From Auanema rhodensis (lineage: Eukaryota; Animalia; Nematoda), in contig OZ059896.1 in NCBI GenBank assembly GCA_964057225.1, positions 8,866,001 to 8,930,000 of the forward strand: a DNA stretch of 64,000 nucleotides, given 5' to 3'. A program made the translations under genes and the position numbers. Below, piece after piece: positions 28,237-40,888 of this stretch; positions within the stretch are counted from its first letter, which is position 1; each line of letters starts with the position of its first letter. The notes beneath the pieces are model-generated. The model saw only the letters and a list, made by a program, of their open reading frames with translations. It was not told the origin of the DNA and searched no databases.

Positions 28237-30543
28237 TTATACAAACATATTTTCCAACGTGTTTCTTAAAACTGTAATATGGACAGCTTCACTAGCTAAT
28301 CTACGATGTTCAAAGGACATGACTCCGTCATCTAACTTGGGTAATAAATCTTTTCTGATAACTTCGACCATCTTTTTGAATTGAGTAGGATAGGCTTTTG
28401 ATAATTCATCTCCACAATTCTATATTCAAATATTAATAGAGTAATATTCTCAAAACACTAACCTCAAGAACAGAGTTTAAAACTACTACGCTTCCTAAAA
28501 GCTTGTGAGAAGAATTTAATATAAATGCCAAAATTCTCCATACATCCTTCAGGTTAAACATACTACAGGAATTTTGATGTTCTGTAATAACAGGTGAGTT
28601 AAACTTTAACAAACTCTTAAAAAACCTGTGGTAAAAAGCATGAAGAAAAGTTTGATAATATTTCTTTCTTCGTTCATAATAGAAGACTTCGCATCAGCAG
28701 GCATAGTTTTTAAGTTATTTACAAACGATTCACTGTAGTAGGAACAATAAAATACTTGGAAAAATTAAGACAAAATACCATTTATCATTATCCAAAGATA
28801 AAAGCTGAGATGCGGATAACAATCTCCCAAGGAGAATTTTCTCAAATTCTTCTGAGGCTGAATATATTCCCTTCAGGATAATGGAAATTACACTAATTAA
28901 ATTCTTGTCAATAATAACTATATTCTGAAATATAATAGGTGAAAAAATAAAAATGAAATAATAAGATATATACCAAAGAATAATCAATAATAACTTTGAT
29001 AGCATAAGCGATGGCATCTGCATCATTCAAATGAAAATGTTCCATATTTCTGAAAAAATCTATCAACGAAATTAATTGTATGAGAACATACGACACTGCT
29101 TGTTTTCCCTGAATCAAATCAACCAGGAATTTCACAACGTTTTCTAAGTCCGAAGATTTGGCTGTTTTCTTCGCATGTAGCGAAATAATATCATTGACTT
29201 TCCTTTTAACTTTCACTCTCAGAGTAGCCTAAAACAAGAAATAATCAAAATTGTCGGACAAAATAAAAAATACATTTTCCCTCTCAAATCTTGAAGAAGC
29301 TAATTCATTGTCTTCTTTTTTTTCCAAACAAAGGGCATATAATATAGTAGGGGAATGCATGTTGTCATTGGAGCTCTGCTTCTTAGGTGTGTCTTTCTCG
29401 GAATGTATGAGATTATTTAAAGTTTCTACTGATACTTTAGCTTCAACGACCGGCAAAACAGAGGAATCCAATAAGTTAGACGAATTTAAGTCTTTAAAAA
29501 AGAATAAGAATAAAGAAGATAATAAATTTTAATACTTACTATTAGTATTAAGTTTTTCGGGGAAAACTGTACTCTCTTCTAGAAGAGGAGAATTTACAAT
29601 CGATGCCCCCCCAAATTTGAACGTTTTTCTAAATAAAGAAATGCAAAACTATTTTATTGTATCACTCACTTCATTTGCGGAGTAGAAGTGAATATATTTC
29701 CGGCAAAAGATGGTCTGGCTCCATTATAGGAGTCCAGATGAAAATCTTTATTAGGAACCGAAATCGGCACTGGAGAGGATACAGTTTGAGCAAACAAGCT
29801 ATAAATATCAACGTAAAATCCGTTGAAAAGATTAAGATTACCTATTGTTGACGAATGAAACATTTTCGTTGCCTGTGTGATCGAAAAGATGACTAGGCAC
29901 CGAATTATTTAACTCTGAAGCATCCAAAGCACTTTTTGCTATTGTTATACTTTGTTGTCTAAATATACTTACAAATGATGAAATCATGAAAGATAAAAAC
30001 CTATTAGAAGACGAATCTTCCACCTCAATCGCTTCGTGAATAGAAATGTTGGCAGTGGAACTGGGATGTCTGCATTCTTCCAACCAAGCTTGTGAAACAG
30101 ACAACATATACTGTTTGGAGCACTCAGCATTTTTTCCAGAGGCTGATGATTTCTACAAAATAAAAGAATGAATTTTTGAAAATTATTTGAGCCTACTTTG
30201 ACCGGATTAAAATTCTCCTCATGTTTTTTTCGTTTTTCTTCAAATGCCTGTATTGCTTTATTACGTGAAATCTGAAGTCTGGTAGAAATTTCTTCCTCTA
30301 AATTTAGAGCAGCATCATGATCTTTCATAAATCTTCAATACATATAGCATTTGAAACTTCAGTTCTTTTTTTGGCTAACTTCTTTCTTCCAAATAATTTC
30401 ATTGAATCAGGTATAAATCTACGAAAATACTGATCGTCGGAAGACGAGTATAACTCTGTTGAAAGATCTTCATCTTGCAAACCAAATCTAAAATTTCCTT
30501 TTACAATATAACATACGAGAATTGCGCTGTCTTACGTGGGCAT
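28237..30543 (-). CDS. GLE1: Divergent GLE1-like mRNA export factor / nucleoporin
   Basis: Starts MPTFGLQDEDLSTE; coiled-coil segment; Ser/Pro-rich middle. The C-terminal helical domain LKDVWRILAFILNS...LNSVLENCGDELSKAYPTQFKKMVEVIRKDLLPKL resembles the recalled human GLE1 segment WRWLAQILN...[32 protein letters not shown]. Confidence 0.72.
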
Positions 30544-31098
30544 TTGGAAGGATCTGTAAATTGTATTTTTGTTAATTATCTTTAATGAACGAAAGATATG
30601 AGTGCAAACTTCTTAGATTATTCCAAGATTAAACGATATTATTATTTATTTGTAAGAAACGATAACATAGAGCAGTTACCAAACAGATACAATATTGAAA
30701 ACGCTTGAAAATGCAAAAAAGAATGGCTCTAAACCTATTGGCATCACAAGTACTACAAATTATATCATCCTTTCAAGTAATATTTGATATGAAAAGAGTA
30801 GAAATATGTATGATGTTTTCCGGGAAACTATCACTATAGCTTATTATTATAATAATTGATATTCTGAGAAGTTCTTCTCCAAAGAAACAAAAAAAAAACC
30901 CGTTATAAGCTTGGAAAAACAACAGCAGCTTTTCAAATAATGCGTACATCTTGACGTAAAATTGCGTATTTATGCAAAATTTTATATTTATTGAAACAGT
31001 ACTATTCAAAAATTTTATCTTTTGTTTATCAAAAGGAAAATTATCTTTTCTCCAATGTTTTCTTTATTGTTGATTTTATGCTTTCTAGTTGATATCTA
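30544..31098. promoter_or_regulatory. Candidate bidirectional promoter between GLE1-like (-) and GTF3C1 (+)
   Basis: Only 555 bp separate the two divergent start codons. Each gene has an acceptor-like AG shortly before its ATG. Confidence 0.5.
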
Positions 31099-34000
31099 AT
31101 GCCGAGAGGAGTAAAAAGAGCAGCCAGTTCTAGAAAAAGCGCCACTACATCAGCAAAACGAAGTCATTTTTTCTTTACAATGTATTATATTGTGGGCGTT
31201 TTCAGAAACCTCGGAAAATTCAGATGAACAGAAGAGTAGGGACGATAATGCTCGTGAGGATGATAGAGATGAGGTTAATCTGTTTTTTTCCTAAATTTAT
31301 TAACTGAAATATTTTAAAGGATTTTATAGTTACTCCCACGAGTGAAAGGGATTCCTCCAATTCTGGTGGCGATGAAGACGGTGAAGAGAATCTCGAAGAA
31401 GAAGTCGAATCTTTGAAACCTGTAAAAAAATTTCTTGTTGTTCGAAATGTACAGTTTTATTCAGCAAGTTAACGCAAAAAAAAGTAAAAAAAGCAAAAGG
31501 GATTTGTCAGTTTACAATGATGATGCTGAACCTTCGACATCTTCGATCAATTTTAATGAAGAAAAAGGTTTTTTTTCCAGATGAATTCTCTAATTGAATG
31601 ATTTAGCTACTCCTTATTCTAAATACAATTCTAATATGTGGAATCCCCAACACTTGTACCGCTTACCTAGTGATATCACGCTTTCTGCTATTAGGAAGTC
31701 AGGAGGGGAAGGCTTGGGAAGAATAGAGGTAAGATACAACTCAACTTTAATTTTTGTTTAAATAATCTGTTCGAGATTGGTCATCAATTAATAATGGATT
31801 CAACTACAAAAGCAGGAAATAGAAGAGTATCCGGTTTTATAGTGAATGTTTGTAATAATAGAAAAGATTATATTGGACAATTCCAAAAAATGGAAGGAAA
31901 AATTCGTTGTATTAAGTGAGTAATTTATACTAAATATTCAGAAAACAAAACTGTTTAGATACTTTTGGAAGGCTAATAGCCAGCCTGAGCGTTTTACTAA
32001 GTTATTTGAAGATTTTGAAAAAATTACAAGTATACCATGCCCTTTCAAAATGGGTCAGGTTATTAAATTTGTTAATTCGAAGTTAAGTAAGTATATTCTT
32101 GAACAAGGTCTTGAACAAATTGCAAATCTATCAATATTAAGGCACTCTTAGAATATCTGATGTTACACTTCGTCGACTGAATGACTTGTTGGATTTACTG
32201 AATAAAACAAAAGTTTTAGTAACTATGCAGAGAGTTCTACGTATTATTGAAGAAAAGGAAAAAGCTATCGGATATCATTTTGCGGTACAAAACACTAAAC
32301 GCATAAGAAGATTTTTTTCCTTAAATAGATTGACAAAAAGTCACTCATGAAGTGCATCAAAGCTCTGGAAGATGTCAATCTGGTTCACTTATTCGAGACT
32401 ACAGTATCCACTCCAGATAATGTTCCCGCTCGGGTATAATGATATGCCGAAGCTCGTTAATAATTGTATAGTTCAGATCCAACTCCTTTGCCATCGTGAG
32501 ATTACTAGTGTAGATCAGCCGATAGTTAGAGAATATATAGAGAAGACTATTGAAGATTATGTTCAACAAGGGCGAGTATTTCCTCACGGACAACTCAGGT
32601 ACAACATTCAAAATAATTAAATTCAACATTTACATTTGCATATTTTTTATAGATATTCAGTTAAACGACGAGCTGAGTTTAATGACTTAGAAGTGAAAGC
32701 TTTGGAAACATCTCCAATTGTTATTGAGGAAGGATTATCTTTCGTTGATAGATATAGACTTTTCCGAAATCAAGTACTTGCTATTTATAAAATAAAAATA
32801 TTTTATCGCCTATTCAGACTACTCGTGCTACTGTTGGCGTTCGTGAAGATAAAGTTGAAGATTTAAATGAAACACATGACGATTTAAATAATACTATCGA
32901 TAGTCAAGATGGTGATATTACATTTGATGAATCTAAAGAGGTATAACGCTGTCTTCATCTCTTTTTCTAGACATATTCTTTCAGGTTTTTCCTCTAGACA
33001 CTCATGCCGATATTTGGACTTCTGTTCAGTTGAGCGGTATAAATCAGTTTGTTAACCTTATTCATCTTCTTAATTATAGGTGATAAGAGAATGAAAATTA
33101 ACAGTGAAATGGCTCAACGTTTTGGTTATCAAACCAAGGTTATGCGCTGGTTCATTATGCACGAACTAGCTTTTCACCTAGTTTATGGTGCTGCTGAGAG
33201 ACCAGGGTTACCAAATCTATATGAAAGGTATCTTGATATATCTATGAGAATGATATTATGATATTAATATATTTTCAGGTTTCCACCATCTAATGACCCC
33301 GCTTCATGGCCAGAAAAGAAAGTTGAAGATTTACCTATCTACGCAGAAGCGAAATCTCCATTTATTTATGTACCTCCAATACCAGCCTTTAAGGATATTG
33401 GGACGTAAGTTTTCTCTCCAAGAATATTTATATGTGCTCTTAGTGGTTATTTTATGTTGATTGATCTTGTGCGTGCACTTCCATTATCGACTTATGTATT
33501 ATGTGCTTATGTTGGAAAAGCTGTACCGGTAAGTATTTCTTATGCTGGGTCGTAGAACATTCATATCTTACAGAGAAACTTATTAAATGAATATTTATCC
33601 GATCCTATGAAGAGGCACATGTGTATAGCTGATTTACCCTTAAATCTACGAACTCCTATTCTACGGGTGAGTATCAATGCACATGGTTTCTAATAATAAA
33701 ATTAATTTTTATAGGATAAACGACTATACCGTCAACTGGAACACATTTTTTTATCATTGGGAGTATTAGGCCTCGTAGCATTAGTTAGAAACCCAGATCC
33801 TAAACGATTTATATCACCCGCAGCTGCAGTTTTCTATGTGGCTCGGAAGTAAATTTGTTTCACTTCTGACTTTTTGAAACTTATGTTATTCAGAGGTGCT
33901 TTATATGATACAAGTAGTAGTGATAAAGGTTATGCTACAGTAACAATGCCAATAGAACGGTACGATAAATATGAATATGAGTTTGAATCAAATGTGAGTT

Positions 34001-37000
34001 ATATTCTGGTAACAATTTTTATGATATGTTTTTTGTAGGAAGATGTTACAATGTTTTGGCACCATCTAAGAGCAATTGTTCACTCTACTCCTCTTGCTTA
34101 TAGAAATGATTTTGTTCCCGCCGACCAATGCAAACATAAAAAGTACAGCATCGGAGTTTTTGAGAAGGTTTTATTTAATTCAATCCAACTAACATATTCT
34201 CATTATTTTTAGAACACAGTTACAATAGATCCTCAGAACTGCCTTGATATCAGGCCTTTAGATCCTCTTGATGGTTGCGCAGGATTTGATTCTTGTCTAT
34301 TTCTGTAATTAGGATATCAATGTTGTTACAGTTCACTTTATATATTTGTAGGCATCTACACCGACATTGGGAATTGAACCCTAGACCCAGTATAGTTACA
34401 TCTTGGTTTATTGAAAGATTCCGTCGTCAATCTGATGTTGTGAAGAAGATAATTGAAACAAGAGTATCAAATATCCAACAAGACTGGAATAGTTATGTTA
34501 AAATTCTTATGCCTTCTGATGTGGATTTAAACAAGACGAAACGGATTAGAGTTAATATTTATTTAAATTTAGTTTCTTATTTTACATTTCTAGGCTGCTT
34601 GTCCAACAACATACTCTTCAACTAGATCTTCGCTTGCTTTAGAGCCCAAAAATAAACCTAGATCCATGAGAAAAACAGATTTAAGAAAGAAAAAACGACC
34701 ATTAGATAATGTGGATATGGTTAGCGAACAAGCTAGGCTTCATGTTCGCAGCAGATTTAATTCCAAAGAGAGAGATATGGTAAAACTTTGATAACATATA
34801 TTTTTGTAAAATCTCAGTTTAGCTCATTCTTATTCGTGCCATTGGTTTCTTCTTGAACCCTGTTTATCGTTTTTGGTTAGATCCAGCCGTGTTACGAGAT
34901 ATTATGCATGAGTATGTTCCTGAGTCTAGAAGCAAAACAGTTCAGGTAGCTTCATCGTTGTAGCCTTTTGTAATGCTACAAAAATATTTTATAGAGTTTA
35001 ATGGCTGCCGGTGTTAGAGAAATGGTTAGACCAAATCGATTAGCATATCTCCAGAGGATAGTTAGAAATCTATCTACTTTCCCAGTAAGATTTTAAACTT
35101 TATTCCTCATATTCAAGGATTAATTTATAGGAAATGAGAAAACTTCGGGTACAATTAGCGAACACTCCATTAAGCACCCCTGAGGCGAAGACTATATTTT
35201 TCAAAGAGGCATTCCAAACAGCTAATCAATTACTTTTCATGTAAGATCTATGACCTTCTTCTTATTTAAATGTATTCCTTTCAGGGAAAATCAAACTATA
35301 CCGAATGCGAATGCTCCGAACTCACAATTCGAAGATTATCTTGTTGCGGGAAAGGTCGTTATAGCCCCAGAGCAAAATAGTGTTCATTCTTTACCTCTTC
35401 GTTCTCGTAAGCCGACCACTCTAGAACAAATTCATCACTGTGTTGCTATTAACATTCTACTTGTATGTTTTTAATTTCTATTTTTATATAGTTTTCTTTT
35501 ATATCATTTCAGTCTATACTTATTCATACAACTGATGGTTCTTTTTCTGATAGTATTCTGGAACAAATATCCCCAACTGTTATATATAGGGCTCTTCAGG
35601 TGCTTAATAGAAATATGATTCTGTATTCTTATTAACTAATTTAGGTATTACGTTCTGATGGCTTAGTTTCGAAAACAAGAAAATTGGATCCGAAGTTACA
35701 AGTTATCACTAAAGATCAGTCTGTTCCTTCTTACTAGTATGGAATTCATAACATTATATTTCCAAAATATTTTCTTTTTCAGTTTTCGGCATTTCTTCGC
35801 TCATCGTTTTCATCCGGACATTGTAGAAAAAACAGCAAAACTGCTTCAGGATGCTCATAAGTTAAGTACAACTATCGCAAAAGAAGTTCGTCTTGATGGC
35901 GATCATATTGGCTTAGTTTTGGGAGCTGCAGGCTCATTTGTCCAAGATGTCAGTTTCTTTTTGATGAACCAAAATTAGTATGCCAGCTTTCAGAATGATT
36001 TAATCGTAAACGTTGAAGATAGTATGCTAACAGTTTTTGACGAAATTGATGCTCAAAGACAGTCTACGAAACAAATTCGATATTTGGAAAATGCTGACTT
36101 ACGACTGGAGGAAGTAGAGGTTACTCTCAATGTATTTACTTCTGTTTTATGAAATTGTCGTTTAGGTTACTTTGTCAAATACAAATGCGGCTCTAGATTT
36201 ACCTAATGTAGATGAATTGCTAAAAGTGCTCACAACAGACAAGTATGTTCTGCTTATAACTTTGTTTAGCAAAGTTTGATTTATTCTAGAGTTCAAAGAA
36301 CTGATACTAAGTATTCTACCCTATCTGACAAAATTTCACAAATTTCTTCCTCAAAGGAAAGAACAGAATTAACTACTGTCTATGAATTGATAAAGGCATC
36401 TAAATATGTAGGAGTTGGAATGGAAGATATCATAGTAAACATTCTTCAAAAAATACATAAAAATTTATTTAATATTTAGACTTCTACATCATTATCCAGT
36501 GTTACTATAACAAGATGTTTGAAGACTCTTGTAAGATTATCTACTGTAAGTTTTCTTTACAGTATTCTTTTCTACAGATGTTTCTATAGATTATCGAAGT
36601 TGGAGTTGATTGCACTAGATGGGTTACATTAGACCAATCCGAGTCTTGGTGTGTTAAAGCTAACAAAGTTCGGCTTTGTCCTCGGCCATGGACTTTACCA
36701 GATGGAAATGTTTGTGTGTCTACTGTTCGTTGGATGGCAGAAAGTTTGTTGATGTTGGTTGTTTCGAATCCTGGAATACCCCTGAAAGATATTCGCTTCC
36801 GTTATGAATTTGCCTTACAACCAGTTGTTGTTGATAATATTGTAAGAATTATATAACTCTATATAACTAAAGCATATTTTTTATTTTTAAGATTGAAGTA
36901 CTGAGAACTGCGGGCTGTGTTATGATACGGGAAGAAGTTTTTGATAGTATGACTTTATCTTCTCCTTTTCAAAGTTAGTTTTCTTCATTTTTTAATCACT

Positions 37001-37266
37001 TACATAGTTTTTTCAGAAAATCCAACTAAGCAGAATTACTTATATGTACTTCCAACTGTTGATTGCATAGAAAGATTCTCTAGGATTTTCTACAGTAAGT
37101 TTATGCCTGTTTTAGTTACTGATTATTTGCTTCAGATATTCCGTTATTGCCTTCTATGGTGGGTGGTTCTAAACTAGATGATGATAACGTAGTTAATAAT
37201 CATGAAAAAAAAAGTATCTCACAAGCTTTACGAATTCCTGAAGAAATTAAACGTGAACCTATTTAA
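31099..37266 (+). CDS. GTF3C1: General transcription factor IIIC subunit 1 (TFIIIC220/tau138-like)
   Basis: About 35 short introns. Motifs IGQFQKMEGKIRCIKY, TLRRLNDLL...IEEKEKAIG...IDKKSLMKCIKAL, FGYQTKVMRWFIMHELAFHLVYG, DGCAGFDSCLFLHLHRHW, IIEVGVDCTRWV and CPRPWTLPDG correspond in order to conserved GTF3C1 blocks. Confidence 0.85.
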
Positions 37267-37360
37267 ATATGAATTTATGTTCATTAATTTTGTTATATTC
37301 TTATGTTTTGTACATTTCCTTAAATTTATAATAGAACTTTCAATAGTTTTTTATTCTATT

Positions 37361-37435
37361 CTGGGTTTTTTCCAGTAACTACTTTTGTGTATGTTCTAGG
37401 CGAGAATATTTTTTTACAGTTTTTAGTTTTATTAG
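37361..37435 (+). promoter_or_regulatory. Operon intercistronic Ur-type element and trans-splice acceptor(s) upstream of TIMMDC1
   Basis: Hairpin CTGGG-TTTTT-TCCAG (37361-37375), then TACTTT (UAYYUU, 37380-37385), then acceptor-like AGs at 37419, 37426 and 37435. The gap between GTF3C1 stop and TIMMDC1 ATG is 175 bp. Confidence 0.6.
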
Positions 37436-37441
37436 TATGGA

Positions 37442-38629
37442 ATGACAACTCCAGCCGAAAATTCGAAACCCACATCCAGTTGGTGGAGCTTGTCGTACTG
37501 GACTGGCAGTGGCCAGCCGGGGGCAACTCCAGTGTCACATCCTGGGCCTTCGAATAATGAGCCTATCCCTTCTGCTCCAACTACACCTGATTTAGCAAAT
37601 ATTGAGAAAGTGTGTTTCAAGCTTATTAACCAATCTCATTACATATAATTTAGGAACATAGTCCAAATCTTCCTTACGGCTTAGATCGTATTTACAATCT
37701 ATATCAAGATAAATCAATGGAAGTTGATGTTTCACTTAGAGTTAGTATAACAGAATTTTTATTAATAAATGTTTTATATTTTTTTTAGGTTATGAGAATG
37801 ACATTTTTTGGTGGATTTCTTATGGGAGGATCTACGGGATATGTCCAAGCTAGACAAACCTATGAAATTAATAATGTTGGAAGGAAATACTTAAGCCCTT
37901 CAGATGCTGTGGTGAGCTACTTAGTAATCAATTCATTTATAAAGGTTAGTAATAATGTTTCAGAAAAGACGTATGGATTATGCTATTTTACGATTTGCTA
38001 AAGGAGGGTTTGGTATGGGAATCAAATGTGCTTTGATATCTGGCTCTATTGTGTATTTTCTTGCATACACAAAGTGTAATACATATTAGTTAATTTAGAA
38101 CCCTCTCAACTCACCTTGCTGCATACAGACAACGATTCTCATCATGGTACTTCCCTGCTCTATCAGGTGCGCTTGCCATTGGGCTTCATTCAGGTACTAT
38201 ATGGAACTTTTTTTATCGATGTTTCACTTATAGCATTAGTTGGCGGAGTTTTTGCTTTTCCATTAGGTCCTATCGGTATCGTCAAAGCTTGTGGCTTAGG
38301 AGTTACCTCAGGGTACTCAAGTTGGAATATTTCCTGGCTAATTTAGCTTATGTCTAGGTTAACACTCTCCGCCGTCTCACATCTTTATGCCCTTTCAGTA
38401 GACAAAAGTGTGGATGAAGCATATTGGATTTTCAAGAAAGATTACGAAAAAGTGGTTTTATATGAAAACCTGTCGTTACTTTTTCTTATTTCAGGATATT
38501 AAAGAGGACGAAGATTTTGAAAGACGTGTTGCTGAGCTAATGAAAACGGAGGGTATTCGGTGGAGACCCACAGCAGTTAAAATGCTCAAGAAGTCAGAAG
38601 AGACGGAGCTCAGTGGTAATGATGCCTAA
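37442..38629 (+). CDS. TIMMDC1: Tim17-family complex I assembly factor TIMMDC1 (140up-like)
   Basis: GLDRIYNLY...FFGGFLMGGSTGYVQARQTYEINNVGRKYLSPSDAVKRRMDYAILRFAKGGFGMGIK, followed by Gly-rich TM helices (ALVGGVFAFPLG, GLGVTSGL). Confidence 0.87.
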
Positions 38630-38780
38630 CCCTTAGTTTAGTAATAAAATTTATAAAAATTAGTTCCTTTTAGACTGTAATTTTGTTATATTGTTGTTAA
38701 AAGAATGAAATATATTTTTATTACTAAGAATTTCTCTGGACAAATTATATAACTTATGAAATAGAAATATGGACAAAAAT

Positions 38781-39243
38781 CTAATCTAATTCTATCAATT
38801 CTGGAGATGTCTTTTCTCGACCCGGTAAAACAGTTTTTCTTTCCAGATTAGTAATGTCCTAATGATTAATGTCAAAATGAAATGAAAAAGTAATAGCATA
38901 CTTCAATATCCAACAAACTATCATCATCAGATTCTGCCATTTGATGTGCCATCTGAAAATAACTCAAACGATAAACAAATCAAACCCCTTTCTCTTTCCT
39001 TACGTCTAAAAGAGGAAATGGTCTCAAATCTGTAAACTTTATTCTTCTTTTAATAGATTCATAAGCACTTTTTTTTGCTTTTAGTGTTGCCATTTTCATT
39101 TTGAATAAACGCGTCTGATATTCCCTGCATTCCTATAACTAGTACAGTGACTACAAAAAACTTACTGTAAAGAATACTTTAAAAAATAACAGCTTCTCTT
39201 TTAAGATGTCTCTTTGAATTGGTGAAAAATTATTTGTTTCCAT
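38781..39243 (-). CDS. Small (~107 aa) uncharacterised coiled-coil/acidic protein
   Basis: Four phase-0 exons: METNNFSPIQRDILKEKLLFFK / ECREYQTRLFKMKMATLKAKKSAYESIKRRIKFTDLRPFPLLD / MAHQMAESDDDSLLDIE / DITNLERKTVLPGREKTSPELIELD*. GT-AG introns of about 45-50 nt. Confidence 0.65.
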
Positions 39244-39524
39244 TTAAAACCTGAACTTTAAAGAGAATAGCTTTTCAAAAAAACAAGATAAAATAAAAAC
39301 ACGAAAAATATAATTGCCATGGTGGAGCTGAGAAATGATTTTTAAAATTAGAAAGCTTGTTTTCGTTTCGCAATTCAAATTGTATGCCGACCATATCCTT
39401 AAGCAAAATAATATACTATAATTCTTTACTAATCATAATTGATTATTTTATAGCTAAATGCTGTTTATTATTTATTTATTGCAAATCAATAAAAAACATA
39501 TTTCATTCATGTAATAAATTCTTT

Positions 39525-40888
39525 TTAAAATGCTGAAGTTTTCAAGATGACCACCAACTTATTAAACCTATTAATGTAAGAACATATTTTCAAATAACGA
39601 ACGCAGTAGGAGGAAATGAAGTTAACCTAGGAGTACGTGTTATTTCTTTGGGGACAACAGTTTTATTAAATGACGATGGCAACACTGTAAAAATTACAAT
39701 TATTCAGAAGTTAAGAACGGAACTCACAATTAAATATCAAATCTCTGCATGCTAATCGGTATTGAGTACATCCTAATATTATTACTAATGTACCACATAC
39801 TTTAGCCATACCCAAAAATATAAAAGCTATTTTCATACTAACTAAATTAGAAGAGAAATTTCTGTGATATCACCTAAAGAACTCCTTGAATTACCTGTTA
39901 TTGTTTGTTGAGTAAGTAAACTAAATATAATCACTGCCCCTGGAATACAAATACCTGCTCCTTGTATGACAGTCTGTATACTTAAATACTTGAAATTATC
40001 GGAATAAGGACAAACCAGTTGGATATGAAAATATGTTAATTGTCGTTGAGCTTCAAGAAACTTAGTCGATGCAGAAGGTGATACTTGAAGGTATAGTATC
40101 CTGACAACGTAAAAACCGCTTAAAGTGCTGATTACAAAATATACTAAAATGTTCTCCAGCAAAGTAAACATTGATACAAAAAGCCAAGGATCATGTAAGG
40201 AGAAAAAAATTGTTCTAGGACCCCATATTTCTGTCGGCGGTGCGGAGTCATGAGAAATAAAATTCTATAAAATGCTAGTTAAAAGTAAAAAGGTGAGAAT
40301 TTAGGCTTTACTTTAGCACATTTATCTTGGATCCGTGGAAAATCAGTTTTAATATTAAATATAACTAATGTTGGTAATAAAAAATTAGTGAGAAAGACAT
40401 GAAAGTACATAATAAATTTTATTTTTCTCTTTATTTTTTCTGATATATGTACAAGAATAGTTAAACTTCGATGAACAGATAAACAACTAACTGTAGCTCC
40501 CATTACTAAAGTTAACATAATTCATAATGATGTAATTTTGTTTAAAATCTTACATGCGATAAGATTGACTTGTGTGTGAGTTTGAAGTAAAGTACTCATC
40601 CCAATTAAATTTAAAAATCCATTGGGGTATCCTCCAAAACAAGGTAATAAAAGTATGGGAATAGTTCCTCCACATAAATATACTTGAGAAAGACAAGACC
40701 TCCAATAATTGAAAATTATTATCTAAACCTCAAAGTTAAACATACATCAATGAGTTTAATATGAGTAAGCATTTATATTCTCTAGACATTGAGCTGATTG
40801 GTTTAGTTGTAATACAATATAAGGCGATGAAAAAAGTAATAACACCGAATGGAGCTAAGAACCACATGATGAATATGTAAGGGTCCAT
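39525..40888 (-). CDS. Serpentine 7TM chemoreceptor, Str superfamily (srh/sri-like)
   Basis: MDPYIFIMWFLAPFGVITFFIALYCITTKP...MSREYK, IPILLLPCFGGYPNGFLNLIG, SVHR, VSPSASTKFLEAQRQL...LSIQTVI. Seven hydrophobic segments in short exons. Confidence 0.85.

Noticed and set aside
28730-30340. Apparent in-frame stops and frameshifts in the GLE1-like gene, and similar cases in the aspartic protease, suggesting pseudogenes or recoding
   Set aside because: The cases I traced resolve with ordinary short GT-AG introns.
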